From Telmatocola sphagniphila (lineage in GTDB: Bacteria > Planctomycetota > Planctomycetia > Gemmatales > Gemmataceae), in the NCBI RefSeq assembly GCF_018398935.1, contig NZ_CP074694.1, positions 930,001 to 962,000 of the forward strand: DNA of 32,000 nt, written 5' to 3'. Both the position numbers and the translations under genes were made by a program. Under the pieces are notes generated by a model. That model saw only the letters and a list, made by a program, of their open reading frames with translations, was not told where the DNA came from and ran no database searches. Positions 1 to 8,128 of this stretch are shown one piece after another. The stretch's first letter is position 1. Each line of letters starts with the position of its first letter.

Positions 1-195
1 CGTATCATGGGCCAGCGTCTTAGCCGGGATGTTCAGATCGCGAGCTTGGCGTACGAAACGCGTGGAGCGGCCGCTTTCGGAGAAACTGAGAAAGCTATGC
101 GAATTCTGGGAGTTCTGGGCCAAACCGAGCATTTGCCGCTCGGGACCGCCAAACATAAACGAGGCGGTAAGATGAGTGATTCGCATCAGTTGCAT
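1..195 (-). CDS. Glycosyltransferase family 4-like protein, N-terminal fragment (runs off the window edge)
   Basis: Not in the ORF track because no stop lies in the window. The reverse complement of 1..195 reads MQLMRITHLTASFMFGGPERQMLGLAQNSQNSHSFLSFSESGRSTRFVRQARDLNIPAKTLAHDT with no stop. A short beta-strand followed by the Gly-rich 'GGPERQ..L' loop is the usual N-terminus of GT4/GT-B enzymes. The start is the ATG at 195 or the in-frame ATG at 186. Confidence 0.45.
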   Translation of the reverse strand, partial: MQLMRITHLTASFMFGGPERQMLGLAQNSQNSHSFLSFSESGRSTRFVRQARDLNIPAKTLAHDT

Positions 196-307
196 CCTTG
201 CAACAAAACAAAAAAAGCGGCGGGATAGTCACCCGGTATACCTAACGAGAGGTGGCTATACCACAGAATCAAAAACGGGTAAAGCAACCTCTCGAAGTTT
301 TTTAGGA

Positions 308-1456
308 TCAGGCCGATTCCACTTTTTCCCATTTACCGGTCTTGGCAGATTCGGTAATGGCATCCAGCACCAACTGAGTGCGATACGCATCCCGGAAATC
401 GGGCATGGCGGGTTTACCCGAACCGAGCGATTCGAGGAAATCGGCTACCTGGTGAACGAAAGAATGTTCGTAGCCGATCGACAGACCGGGAACCCACCAT
501 TTGTCCATATAGGGGTGATCGCCCCCGGCATCGGTCACGTGAATCGACTTCCAGCCACGCAGTTTCCCCTCGTCCTTGTAGTCGAAATACTGCAGGCGAT
601 GCAGATCGTGCAAATCCCAGGCGATCGAGGCATTTTCGCCGTTGATTTCAAACGTGTAAAGAGCCTTGTGGCCGCGGGCATAGCGGGTCGATTCGAAGTT
701 CGCCAGCGAGCCGTTTTTAAAGCGGCCCATGAAAATGCAGGCATCGTCGATGCCCACTTTTTCCGTTTTACCCGTCAAGGTATGCTTGCGTTCTTTGATA
801 AACGTCTCGGTCATGGCCGAGATCGTATCCAGCGAACCGTTCAGCCAGAGTGCGGTATCGATGCAGTGCGCTAACAGGTCGCCGGAGACGCCCGAACCGG
901 AAGCCGCGACATCCAATCGCCACAGACCGGCGCCGCCTTGGGGAAGTTCAGGGCTGATGGTCCAGTCCTGGAGGAATTTGGCGCGGTAGTGGAAGATCTT
1001 CCCTAAGCGGCCTTCCTCGATGAGTTTCTTGGCGAGCGTGACCGCGGGCACCCGGCGGTAGTTGTACCAAACGATGTTGGGAACCTTGGCCTTTTCGACG
1101 GCTTCCACCATCTTCAAGCCTTCCGGTCCGTTCATCGCCAGAGGTTTTTCGCAGAGGATGATCTTACCGGCTTGGGCTGCGGCAATCGCGATTTCTGCGT
1201 GGTTGTTGTTGGGCGTGCAAATGTCGATGGCATCGATATCTTTGCGACTGATCAGCGTCTTCCAATCGGTTTCAGTCGATTCGTAGCCCCAGGTTTCCGC
1301 GAAGTCCTTCACCTTGTCGGCACTGCGGGCACAAACCGCTTTCAGCACGGGATGGTAGGGGAGCTTGAAAAAGTTGCTGACTTTGCGGTAGGCATTGGAG
1401 TGCGCCCGGCCCATGAAGCCAGTACCAATCAAGCCGATATTCAACGGTTTCGACAT
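308..1456 (-). CDS. Gfo/Idh/MocA family NAD(P)-dependent oxidoreductase
   Basis: 382-aa ORF. The N-terminal Rossmann motif '[17 protein letters not shown]', then '[31 protein letters not shown]', is the canonical Gfo/Idh/MocA signature (EKP motif). Confidence 0.9.
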   Translation of the reverse strand: MSKPLNIGLIGTGFMGRAHSNAYRKVSNFFKLPYHPVLKAVCARSADKVKDFAETWGYESTETDWKTLISRKDIDAIDICTPNNNHAEIAIAAAQAGKIILCEKPLAMNGPEGLKMVEAVEKAKVPNIVWYNYRRVPAVTLAKKLIEEGRLGKIFHYRAKFLQDWTISPELPQGGAGLWRLDVAASGSGVSGDLLAHCIDTALWLNGSLDTISAMTETFIKERKHTLTGKTEKVGIDDACIFMGRFKNGSLANFESTRYARGHKALYTFEINGENASIAWDLHDLHRLQYFDYKDEGKLRGWKSIHVTDAGGDHPYMDKWWVPGLSIGYEHSFVHQVADFLESLGSGKPAMPDFRDAYRTQLVLDAITESAKTGKWEKVESA

Positions 1457-1535
1457 GGAGAGATCCCTTTAACGGTGCAGATTGGAAAATTGTTTACGGT
1501 CTATCGGAGTCGCGAATAACACATACTGCCGGGCG

Positions 1536-1567
1536 AAAATCCGAGTGCCGCTCGTCCGGCGGCACTC
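1536..1567 (-). terminator. Intrinsic terminator candidate downstream of the sugar isomerase/epimerase gene
   Basis: 9-bp perfect GC-rich stem (1543-1551 gagtgccgc / 1559-1567 gcggcactc) with a 7-nt loop. On the minus-strand RNA the stem is followed by GGAUUUUCG. Confidence 0.5.
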
Positions 1568-1594
1568 CTCAAGTTTGGCTTCCAATTATCAACT

Positions 1595-2533
1595 TCAGGC
1601 GGCCACGTACTTGGTCCGCAGTTTATCCAGAAACTTCTTGCTGTCGGCCGTGACTTCCCAGGCGTGCGGCCAGAAGCAGAGGTCGACACACCACCAATCG
1701 TTCGGAACACCCGCTTTCTGGATGGCCGGAATCAGCTCGTCGAAGTTCAGCTTGCCGGTGCCAAACGGATTGTGTGTTGAAGTATTGTGCTCGTTCAGCG
1801 AGCCATCGGAATCGATCAGGTGAACGTGCGTGATCTTGCCTTGCAGTTTGTGCAGCAATTCCAGAGCACCGCCGGGCAGAATTTCCTTTTCTCCCTGGTG
1901 ATTAGCGCCGACGGCCGCACACATGTGGGCATGGCAGGTATCGTACAACACGCCGAAGTTGTGGTTGTGCATGCCGCGAACCGCATCCACGATCGCCAGA
2001 ATTTCGCTCGGCTTGTTGAACAGGAAGCCGGGCTCGAATTCCCAGCAGATCTTCAGGCCATGATCGGCGGCTATCTTGCTGCACTTGTCCCAAACGGTGA
2101 TCAGGCGATCCATACCCTTCATGATGCCGACCTTCTTGCCTTCCTCGGTTTCAAAATAGTTGGGAGGAAGCACGGTATCGACGCGGATGGTATCGACATC
2201 CAGGTCGGCGGCGAAGTGGGTCCAGCCCAAGAACGCGGTGGTGTAGGCCGAGGGAATTTCATCGAGGATGCTGACTCCGGGCACCTTGAAGCCCCAAAGA
2301 TCGACGGCGATACCCGACAGGGCCAGTCCATGGTCGGCTATTTCTTTTTTGAGCTTCACGCGGCTCATCTTCGTGGGGTGAGAAACCGGGCTGGGGTGTG
2401 GTCCAAAACTGCCCAATTCGACCCCTTCGTAGCCGAGATCCTGAAGTTTGTGAAGGATCACATGAAAATCGTTCGTCGGCTGTTCCTGGTTGAATAGATA
2501 GGCCCAGGTACCGATGGAGAGTTTGGCTTTCAT
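1595..2533 (-). CDS. Sugar phosphate isomerase/epimerase (xylose isomerase-like TIM barrel)
   Basis: ORF 1595..2545 begins at a TTG. The ATG four codons in (2533, 'MKAKLSIGTWAY') is the likelier start. 'YEGVELG', 'ICWEFEPG' and 'HVHLIDSDG' fit the AP-endonuclease-2/xylose-isomerase-like TIM-barrel pattern. Pairing with a Gfo/Idh/MocA gene is common. Confidence 0.85.
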   Translation of the reverse strand: MKAKLSIGTWAYLFNQEQPTNDFHVILHKLQDLGYEGVELGSFGPHPSPVSHPTKMSRVKLKKEIADHGLALSGIAVDLWGFKVPGVSILDEIPSAYTTAFLGWTHFAADLDVDTIRVDTVLPPNYFETEEGKKVGIMKGMDRLITVWDKCSKIAADHGLKICWEFEPGFLFNKPSEILAIVDAVRGMHNHNFGVLYDTCHAHMCAAVGANHQGEKEILPGGALELLHKLQGKITHVHLIDSDGSLNEHNTSTHNPFGTGKLNFDELIPAIQKAGVPNDWWCVDLCFWPHAWEVTADSKKFLDKLRTKYVAA

Positions 2534-2749
2534 AGGTGGTTCCAACGCTCGTTAAATCGTGGTAGGTGTGGTAATATTCAAGGCTTTCGGCCCGTTTCTA
2601 ACGTCTAGGTAAGATATACGCAAGGATAATCTACTAGGCGTGAAAATTTCGGCGAACATCCCGCAAGTTTGAAGTATCCATTCGTTCCCGGTTGTTGTAA
2701 GAAAAGCCCTCCTTCGTCGAATAAGAGAATAGAGGATTAGGCTTTCAGA

Positions 2750-3181
2750 ATGGTGAGAAACGTGAATAACTACATGACGAAACCAGAAAACAAGCCCCAG
2801 GGAGGCCGTCGCAAGGCTTCTCGAGGCTGCCTGATACTATGCCTGGATTCGAAACTGCCCCTGCCTCAGATCAAGGAATCCTTGACCGCGGAAGGCTGGG
2901 AAGTGTTCTGTGCGAAAAAATCTTCCGGCTTACGAGCTCTGTCTTGTGAAATGGATTCCGCCCTGGTGGTGCTCAGCGATCATCTGCCCGGCAACGAGAG
3001 CGGTTTTTTGATGGCCAGCAAACTCCGACTTTCCTGTCCCAGCATGCGGGTGGTGATTGTCGGAAATCGGCCTTCCGCCAAGTCGGAACGTCTGGCCGAC
3101 TTCGTCGGTGCGGAAAGTTATGTCGCCGTGACTGACCTGGAACAGTTTACGAATCGGCTCAAAGAAATCTCTCAGAAGTAA
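2750..3181 (+). CDS. Stand-alone atypical CheY-like receiver domain protein
   Basis: 143-aa ORF. The alternating beta/alpha pattern 'CLILCLDSK ... ALVVLSDHLPGNESGF ... MRVVIVGN ... ESYVAV' resembles a receiver domain. An Asp sits at the acceptor position ('LSDHLPG'), but there is only one acidic residue after beta1 and no obvious conserved Lys. A strong hairpin follows. Confidence 0.45.
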   Translation: MVRNVNNYMTKPENKPQGGRRKASRGCLILCLDSKLPLPQIKESLTAEGWEVFCAKKSSGLRALSCEMDSALVVLSDHLPGNESGFLMASKLRLSCPSMRVVIVGNRPSAKSERLADFVGAESYVAVTDLEQFTNRLKEISQK

Positions 3182-3205
3182 AGTTTTATTTCTGAGCTCA
3201 AATTT

Positions 3206-3235
3206 GGACCTCCGGGCGTCAAATCCCGGAGGTCC
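3206..3235. terminator. Bidirectional terminator hairpin between convergent genes
   Basis: 11-bp perfect stem (3206-3216 ggacctccggg / 3225-3235 cccggaggtcc) with an 8-nt loop. It lies in the 60-nt gap between the + strand ORF ending at 3181 and the - strand RidA gene ending at 3242. Flanks are A/T-rich, with no long U-tract. Confidence 0.55.
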
Positions 3236-3241
3236 TCGTGT

Positions 3242-3712
3242 TTATACCTTCACTTCCAGAATACACTCGATTTCCACGGAAATATTCCCGGGTAGGCTAC
3301 CCATCCCCACGGCGCTGCGGGCTCCGACGCCGGCCTCCGCTCCAAATACATCGGCCATTAATTCGGAATAACCGTTAATGACCTTAGGATGGTCGGGAAA
3401 ATCGGGAGTGGAGTTCACCATCCCCAGAGTTTTGACCAGACGGACCACTTTGTCCAACGAGCCGAGATAATCCTTCAACGTAGCCAGGATAGCCAGACCG
3501 ACCTGTCGAGCGGCCGCTTTGCCCTCTTCCAGATTCAGATCTTTACCCACCACCCCGGTGATCAGAGTGCGATCCGACTTTAAAGGGCCGTGACCGGAAA
3601 CGTACAAAATATTGCCAACCTGAACGCAGGGTTTGTAAACGCCCACGGGTTTGGGAGCGGGCGGAAGTACCAACTGCAATTCTTGAACGCGCTTTTCTGC
3701 ACTAGCCGACAT
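3242..3712 (-). CDS. RidA/YjgF/TdcF family protein (reactive intermediate deaminase family)
   Basis: 156-aa ORF with typical family size. 'NILYVSGHGP', 'AARQVGLAILATLK' and the C-terminal 'ARSAVGMGSLPGNISVEIECILEV' match the YjgF/RidA pattern. Confidence 0.85.
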   Translation of the reverse strand: MSASAEKRVQELQLVLPPAPKPVGVYKPCVQVGNILYVSGHGPLKSDRTLITGVVGKDLNLEEGKAAARQVGLAILATLKDYLGSLDKVVRLVKTLGMVNSTPDFPDHPKVINGYSELMADVFGAEAGVGARSAVGMGSLPGNISVEIECILEVKV

Positions 3713-3749
3713 AGGATGATCTCCAGGGAAATTACTTTGAGAGCTTTAT

Positions 3750-4619
3750 ATGACGGCCTTGATGCAAAGCGATATTTCTGGTTTTTCCTGCCGACGAGGT
3801 AAAGTCCGGGATGTCTACGATTTGGGAGATAAGCTGCTGATCGTAGCCACCGATCGGATCAGCGCTTTCGATTGGGTCATGCCGACTCCCATCCCCGGAA
3901 AAGGGCGTCTACTTTCCTCGCTGACAAAGTTTTGGCTCAACTGGCTGAAGGTTCCCAATCACTTCCTAAGCGACAATCTGAATTCGTATCCCCCGGAATT
4001 CCATGAATACGCCGATCAATTGAATGGCCGAGCGATGCTGGTCCGCAAAACGGAAGTGATTCCGTTCGAATGCGTTGTTCGCGGCTACCTGGCCGGTTCC
4101 GGCTGGAAGGAATACAAGCAATCGCTTTCTGTTTGCGGCGTCAAGTTGCCGAGCGGTCTTCGGGAAAGCGATCGATTGCCCGAGGCGATTTTCACACCCG
4201 CCACCAAAGCGGAAACGGGCCACGATGAAAATGTCAGTTCCGAATATATGGCCCATGCGATCGGGAAAGAGACCACGGACGAACTCGCCCGACGGAGTAT
4301 CGAGATCTATAACCGGGCCGCCAGTTATGCCCGCCTGCGTGGGATCATCATTGCCGATACGAAATTTGAATGGGGCCTTTTGCCCAGTGGGGAGATCATC
4401 CTGATCGACGAAGTCCTGACTCCGGACAGTTCCCGATTCTGGCCGATGGATCACTACCAACCCGGCCGAGGACAGCCTTCGTTCGATAAACAGTATCTTC
4501 GCGATTGGCTGGAATCGACCGGCTGGGATAAGCAGTCTCCGCCGCCGGTGTTACCCGAGAAAGTTGTGGCCGAGACGCTGGCGAAATATACCGAAGCTTA
4601 CGAGCGACTCTCGAGGTAA
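3750..4619 (+). CDS. purC: Phosphoribosylaminoimidazole-succinocarboxamide (SAICAR) synthase
   Basis: 289-aa ORF. 'GKVRDVYDLGDKLLIVATDRISAFD', 'VRGYLAGSGWKEY', 'IFTPATKAE.GHDENV' and 'IIADTKFEWG' are hallmark PurC motifs. Confidence 0.95.
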   Translation: MTALMQSDISGFSCRRGKVRDVYDLGDKLLIVATDRISAFDWVMPTPIPGKGRLLSSLTKFWLNWLKVPNHFLSDNLNSYPPEFHEYADQLNGRAMLVRKTEVIPFECVVRGYLAGSGWKEYKQSLSVCGVKLPSGLRESDRLPEAIFTPATKAETGHDENVSSEYMAHAIGKETTDELARRSIEIYNRAASYARLRGIIIADTKFEWGLLPSGEIILIDEVLTPDSSRFWPMDHYQPGRGQPSFDKQYLRDWLESTGWDKQSPPPVLPEKVVAETLAKYTEAYERLSR

Positions 4620-6905
4620 TTACGGCCAGTGGACGATCGGAAGCAACTCGGGCACAGAAGGAAGACTTCCTTCGGTGAGAATCATTTTGACACCCTCCGC
4701 CCACTCTCCAGAGTTTGCCCCTTTAATGGGATCGTGAAAACGGGGTTCTCGAAGCAAACGTTCGAATTGAAAACTGGTGGTACGACTTCTCAGCCAGCTA
4801 AATTGCCAGTTTTTCTCCCCTTCCTTCAGCGGAAGCTCGGCCCAGAGCAAATCCCCCACGGAGTATGAGATGGGCGAGCCGTTGCTTTCAAGTGCGAAAA
4901 GATAACTGATACCGTTTTTGTCCCGAACCCCGTCGCCATCTTCCCGGAAGCTCCAGGTCGTGGTTTTGTCAGAACCGCTCGGGCGATGATTGATGGTCAG
5001 TTTCCCGGCCGGTCGGATCCGGAATTCACGCAGGGCATCGGGTATGAACAGCCGGAAGGATTTCGGATTGAGTGAGAAAGAAGCCGTTGCGGCGAAGCGG
5101 CTGAAATGGTCGCAAAGATCTTCGCGGGTGGGCTGCCCGATTCGATGCAGAATATGCAGATATTCTCGCAAATCCCGCTCGCTGTTCGCGTTCAGCCATT
5201 CCGCCAGTTTCGGCCAGTCGAAGGTTTTTTCCGGTCCCGTCGGATTAATCGATTTCAGCTGATCCAGAAGCATTTGCTGGCCGAATTGAATCGCAAGCTG
5301 ATTGGCCCGCACCCAGCGGCTTTGAAACTGCGGTCGGAGATTATCCGGTATGGCGGTCAGCGACCAATTATCCACGCCCGGATAGTCTCGTTTCAACCGC
5401 GTCAGTCGATCCGAGATCATCCTCAGGGGATCGCGAGATTGCAAATCGCTTTCGCTCAAAAGTAATAGAGATTTGTTGTCCGACGGATTGCCGAGGATGC
5501 CCAGGGTTACCGCCAACTCCTGAATGGTACGCAACTTTTCCAGAGCCCGATTCCATTCGCTCCGGAGAACTTCCACTTCCCGGAAGTCCAGGGCCGCCAG
5601 CTTCAAGCGATCACCGGAGGCGAACGGACTGCCGTTGGAATCCACCTGTAATTTACGGAAGTTGCTATCCCATTCCGGTGTCAGCTCCGTCACAAAAAGC
5701 AATTCGTTACCGCGATTTTTCAAGCGGCTGAAAAACTGGCGGGCATCGGTCACGGCGGTGCGGAGCGTAGGAATTTCGGAGAGATATTTTTCGCGAGCTT
5801 GGACGACTTCGGTCTGGGCCCAATCCTTTTCGAAGGTTTTTGGCAGTGAGAGATTTTTGAGAGACTCTTCGAGCCGATTCAAATCGTCGAGGCTGCGCGT
5901 CTTCACCGGTTGGGAGAGTCGAGCCAGGTCATCTCGCAGCTGAATGTAGGCCTCGATTTCCTCGAGATGCTTGGCGATATAATTCTGTTTGTCCCGAGCT
6001 AGTTGTTCGAATTCCGGGTCGTTACGGAGTTCGAGAAGTTCACTCCGTTTTTTCGAAAGCTGGGCTCCGGCCAGGCGTGAAGATGCAGTCTGACCTTCCC
6101 GAGCCTGAAAACCATCGACCTTGGCTTCCAGAGCCAGTTGAACGTCGCTGGTTTGCGTAACCACCAGAACGCCCACTCCCAAAAGCAAAAGGGCCAAAGC
6201 CACGGCAGAGGTGAACACAGCTCGGGCCAGACGGAGATTGGATCGACTGGCCTCCTCGCGATGAAAATAAGCCGTTTCGAAAAGATCCTGAGCCAGCGGG
6301 CGGATACCAAAGGGTTCATCGCGCTGCTTGACTTTATCGGTCACATCGGGCAGATGCGTGGAGGTGGTGTAGATCTCCACGCAGAGGCTGCCGAATCCCC
6401 CGTCGTCGGCGAGAGAATAGTTCTCATCGAATAACTTTCTTACAGTTTCCTTGCGATTCTCGATTCGCTGCATCCATTCCGAATAGCTCATCAAGGTGTC
6501 GGCCAGCAGATCGCATTTCGTCAGCACGATACCGATGGGAAAGCCGCCGACGAGAAACTGATCCTGCCGCCGGCTTTGCAGGGTGCCGAGGAGATCGACT
6601 AAATTCGATAAGCGCTGCTCGAGGTGGGTGACGTCGGAAGAGGCATCCAGAATCAGAATCAACCCGTCGGCCTTCCACTTGGGATCGAGGTTTGTGGAAT
6701 CGGAGTATTCGATCTCGTGGAATTGAACGGGAAGATCGACAGCGATTTTCGAATTGGCACTCGGTGTGAAGAGCAGGCCAGCGCTCCCCGCCGTGGAATT
6801 GTTGTTTTTCGCCTGGATGCTCAGACTGTTCAACAGTGCAGTTTTCCCGGCTCCCGTGGGGCCGAGAACTACGATTTCCAGAGTTTGTCCGACAGATCGA
6901 GTCAT
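4620..6905 (-). CDS. Membrane-anchored P-loop GTPase with a large uncharacterised extracytoplasmic region (helical stalk plus beta-rich C-terminal domain)
   Basis: 761-aa ORF. It has a P-loop 'GPTGAGKT' (aa 15-22) and a hydrophobic strand ending in Asp, 'LILILDAS' (aa 82-89). The G4-type 'TKCD' (aa 129-132) is an NKxD variant of the kind seen in dynamin/IRG-type GTPases. One hydrophobic helix, 'AVFTSAVALALLLLGVGVLVV', spans aa ~229-249. About 330 aa of E/R/L/K-rich, heptad-like sequence follow, then ~170 aa with a beta-like pattern. I recognise no family for the C-terminal ~510 aa. This is the last gene of the Tol/Exb-like cluster, 21 nt after the upstream gene. Confidence 0.75.
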   Translation of the reverse strand: MTRSVGQTLEIVVLGPTGAGKTALLNSLSIQAKNNNSTAGSAGLLFTPSANSKIAVDLPVQFHEIEYSDSTNLDPKWKADGLILILDASSDVTHLEQRLSNLVDLLGTLQSRRQDQFLVGGFPIGIVLTKCDLLADTLMSYSEWMQRIENRKETVRKLFDENYSLADDGGFGSLCVEIYTTSTHLPDVTDKVKQRDEPFGIRPLAQDLFETAYFHREEASRSNLRLARAVFTSAVALALLLLGVGVLVVTQTSDVQLALEAKVDGFQAREGQTASSRLAGAQLSKKRSELLELRNDPEFEQLARDKQNYIAKHLEEIEAYIQLRDDLARLSQPVKTRSLDDLNRLEESLKNLSLPKTFEKDWAQTEVVQAREKYLSEIPTLRTAVTDARQFFSRLKNRGNELLFVTELTPEWDSNFRKLQVDSNGSPFASGDRLKLAALDFREVEVLRSEWNRALEKLRTIQELAVTLGILGNPSDNKSLLLLSESDLQSRDPLRMISDRLTRLKRDYPGVDNWSLTAIPDNLRPQFQSRWVRANQLAIQFGQQMLLDQLKSINPTGPEKTFDWPKLAEWLNANSERDLREYLHILHRIGQPTREDLCDHFSRFAATASFSLNPKSFRLFIPDALREFRIRPAGKLTINHRPSGSDKTTTWSFREDGDGVRDKNGISYLFALESNGSPISYSVGDLLWAELPLKEGEKNWQFSWLRSRTTSFQFERLLREPRFHDPIKGANSGEWAEGVKMILTEGSLPSVPELLPIVHWP

Positions 6906-6926
6906 GAGCCCCGCAAAGTTAGATGC

Positions 6927-7589
6927 TTAACGTTCGGGCATATTGTCGCTGGCGACTGGCGGGAAATTGACGCTCAGGCCATTGTCTTTCGCCCAGCTCT
7001 CGAGCTGCTTCACCAGGTAGCTTTCCCGATAGGCCGTGTCTTTGTATACGAGAATATCAATTCGCTGCAGTTGTTTTTCCGCGTCCCGGCGCCGGGTAAT
7101 AAGCAAATCCTTGAGCTTATCGAAGCTGATGGGTTCCCGGGAATTTTCGATTAGATAGTAGGCCTCGTCGGGGCGAGCGCCGCCCAGCACGATAATCTTG
7201 ACGCGATTCTCGTTTTTCACTTCCTCGGGCACCACGACCGGGAGTTGGGCCGCTTTCTTCTCAGGTTCTTTACTCGGCTCTTCCTTCTCGACGGAATGCT
7301 GGTCGTTACCGGGGCCACCCGGCCGTCCGCCCCCGCTGCCTCCCAGGCCGTAGCCGCCGTCTCCAAAGAGGATGAGAGCGGCCAGGATCGCACAGATAAT
7401 CCCCGAAGCGAATCGGCTCCAGCCGCAGGCCCAATCGGGGAGTTTTTTGCGAAAGTAGAATTTGCCTGCCACTTTGAGAACGCTGGCCATGGCATAATTG
7501 CCCACCAGAAACGCCCCTGCTACGGCAAAGCAATTGATGGCGATTTGTCCCACGCGACTGACGGCATCGGCAAGTAAGAAAAGATTCAT
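6927..7589 (-). CDS. Two-TM membrane protein with Gly-rich/charged linker and ExbD/TolR-like C-terminal domain
   Basis: 220-aa ORF whose ATG overlaps the upstream stop as ATGA (7586-7589). It has two hydrophobic helices (aa ~14-37 and ~60-76). A 'GDGGYGLGGSGGGRPGGPG' tract and an E/K/P-rich linker follow. The C-terminus 'VKIIVLGG..YYLIENSREPISFDKLKDLL..RIDILVYKDTAYRESYLVKQLESWAKDNGLSVNF' follows by eye the ExbD/TolR periplasmic-domain pattern. Confidence 0.65.
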   Translation of the reverse strand: MNLFLLADAVSRVGQIAINCFAVAGAFLVGNYAMASVLKVAGKFYFRKKLPDWACGWSRFASGIICAILAALILFGDGGYGLGGSGGGRPGGPGNDQHSVEKEEPSKEPEKKAAQLPVVVPEEVKNENRVKIIVLGGARPDEAYYLIENSREPISFDKLKDLLITRRRDAEKQLQRIDILVYKDTAYRESYLVKQLESWAKDNGLSVNFPPVASDNMPER

Positions 7590-8128
7590 CGGTTCCCCTG
7601 CTTGGAACGCGGAGTGACCGCTTCATCAAAGCTGTAAGAAACTCCCGCAAACCAACGGCGATAATTTTCAATATGCTGCTGCAAAGGGGCTCCGCGTTTG
7701 GGTAGAAGAATCAGGAACAACGGCTCTCTTCCCCCGGAAGCTCGAATGTGCTGATCGATCATCTTCTCCGCTTCCGACTGATCGGAAATTTCCTGCCGCT
7801 GGCCGTTGGTATAGGTGATCAATTTTCCGGTCGCCAAATCGACTTCCAGCAATTTAATGGCCAATTTTTCACTGATGTCGCCTTGCTCGGCTCGCAACCG
7901 TTGGAGTTCGCGCCGATTGCGTTCCAATTCCTGTCGCAGCGATTCGACATCCTTGGGCAACGCCTCTTCGGTCGGCAGTTCGTTTTCGGGGTTTAGATCG
8001 GGTCCTTCGCCCGGATTGCCGGCCTGGCTGACGAACGGCATCAAAAGGAAAATGCAGAAGAGCAGAATGAGAACGTCGATCAAGGGAATGAAAAATCGAG
8101 TGACGCTCTGTTTTGGTCGTTGAATCAT
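7586..8128 (-). CDS. ExbD/TolR-like biopolymer transport protein with a coiled-coil insertion
   Basis: The ORF track gives 7586..8143. The ATG at 8128 ('MIQRPKQ') forms an ATGA overlap with the upstream stop and is the likelier start. 'RFFIPLIDVLILLFCIFLLMPF' is a single TM helix carrying the conserved Asp of ExbD/TolR/MotB-type stator subunits. It is followed by the charged coiled-coil-like 'VESLRQELERNRRELQRLRAEQ'. The C-terminal domain is 'KLITYTNGQRQEISDQSEAEKMIDQHI...LFLILLPKRGAPLQQHIENYRRWFAGVSYSF'. Confidence 0.7.
   Translation of the reverse strand: MIQRPKQSVTRFFIPLIDVLILLFCIFLLMPFVSQAGNPGEGPDLNPENELPTEEALPKDVESLRQELERNRRELQRLRAEQGDISEKLAIKLLEVDLATGKLITYTNGQRQEISDQSEAEKMIDQHIRASGGREPLFLILLPKRGAPLQQHIENYRRWFAGVSYSFDEAVTPRSKQGNR

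Noticed and set aside
7-228. 73-aa plus-strand ORF at the left edge.
   Set aside because: The opposite strand reads as a convincing GT4 glycosyltransferase N-terminus (MRITHLTASFMFGGPERQMLGLA...) running off the window. The plus-strand product has no recognisable features.
209-235. Weak hairpin 'cggg-tgactat-cccg' followed, after four intervening nucleotides (CCGC), by UUUUUUU on the minus-strand RNA, downstream of the Gfo/Idh/MocA gene.
   Set aside because: The stem is only 4 bp and is separated from the U-tract by 4 nt, too weak to call a terminator. It does echo the U-tract-before-start-codon pattern seen at truD and the lipoprotein gene.
176-874. 232-aa plus-strand ORF, and other long antisense ORFs: 1787-2497 (+), 9240-9764 (+), 11577-12077 (-), 16074-16655 (+), 19538-20407 (+), 21639-22250 (+), 22948-23379 (+), 24851-25228 (-).
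   Set aside because: Each lies wholly opposite a CDS with clear family motifs (Gfo/Idh/MocA, TIM-barrel isomerase, LepB, methyltransferase, RmlB, LpxD and others). Their translations are Arg/Gly/Pro/Ser-rich with no recognisable motifs. They are typical shadow ORFs.
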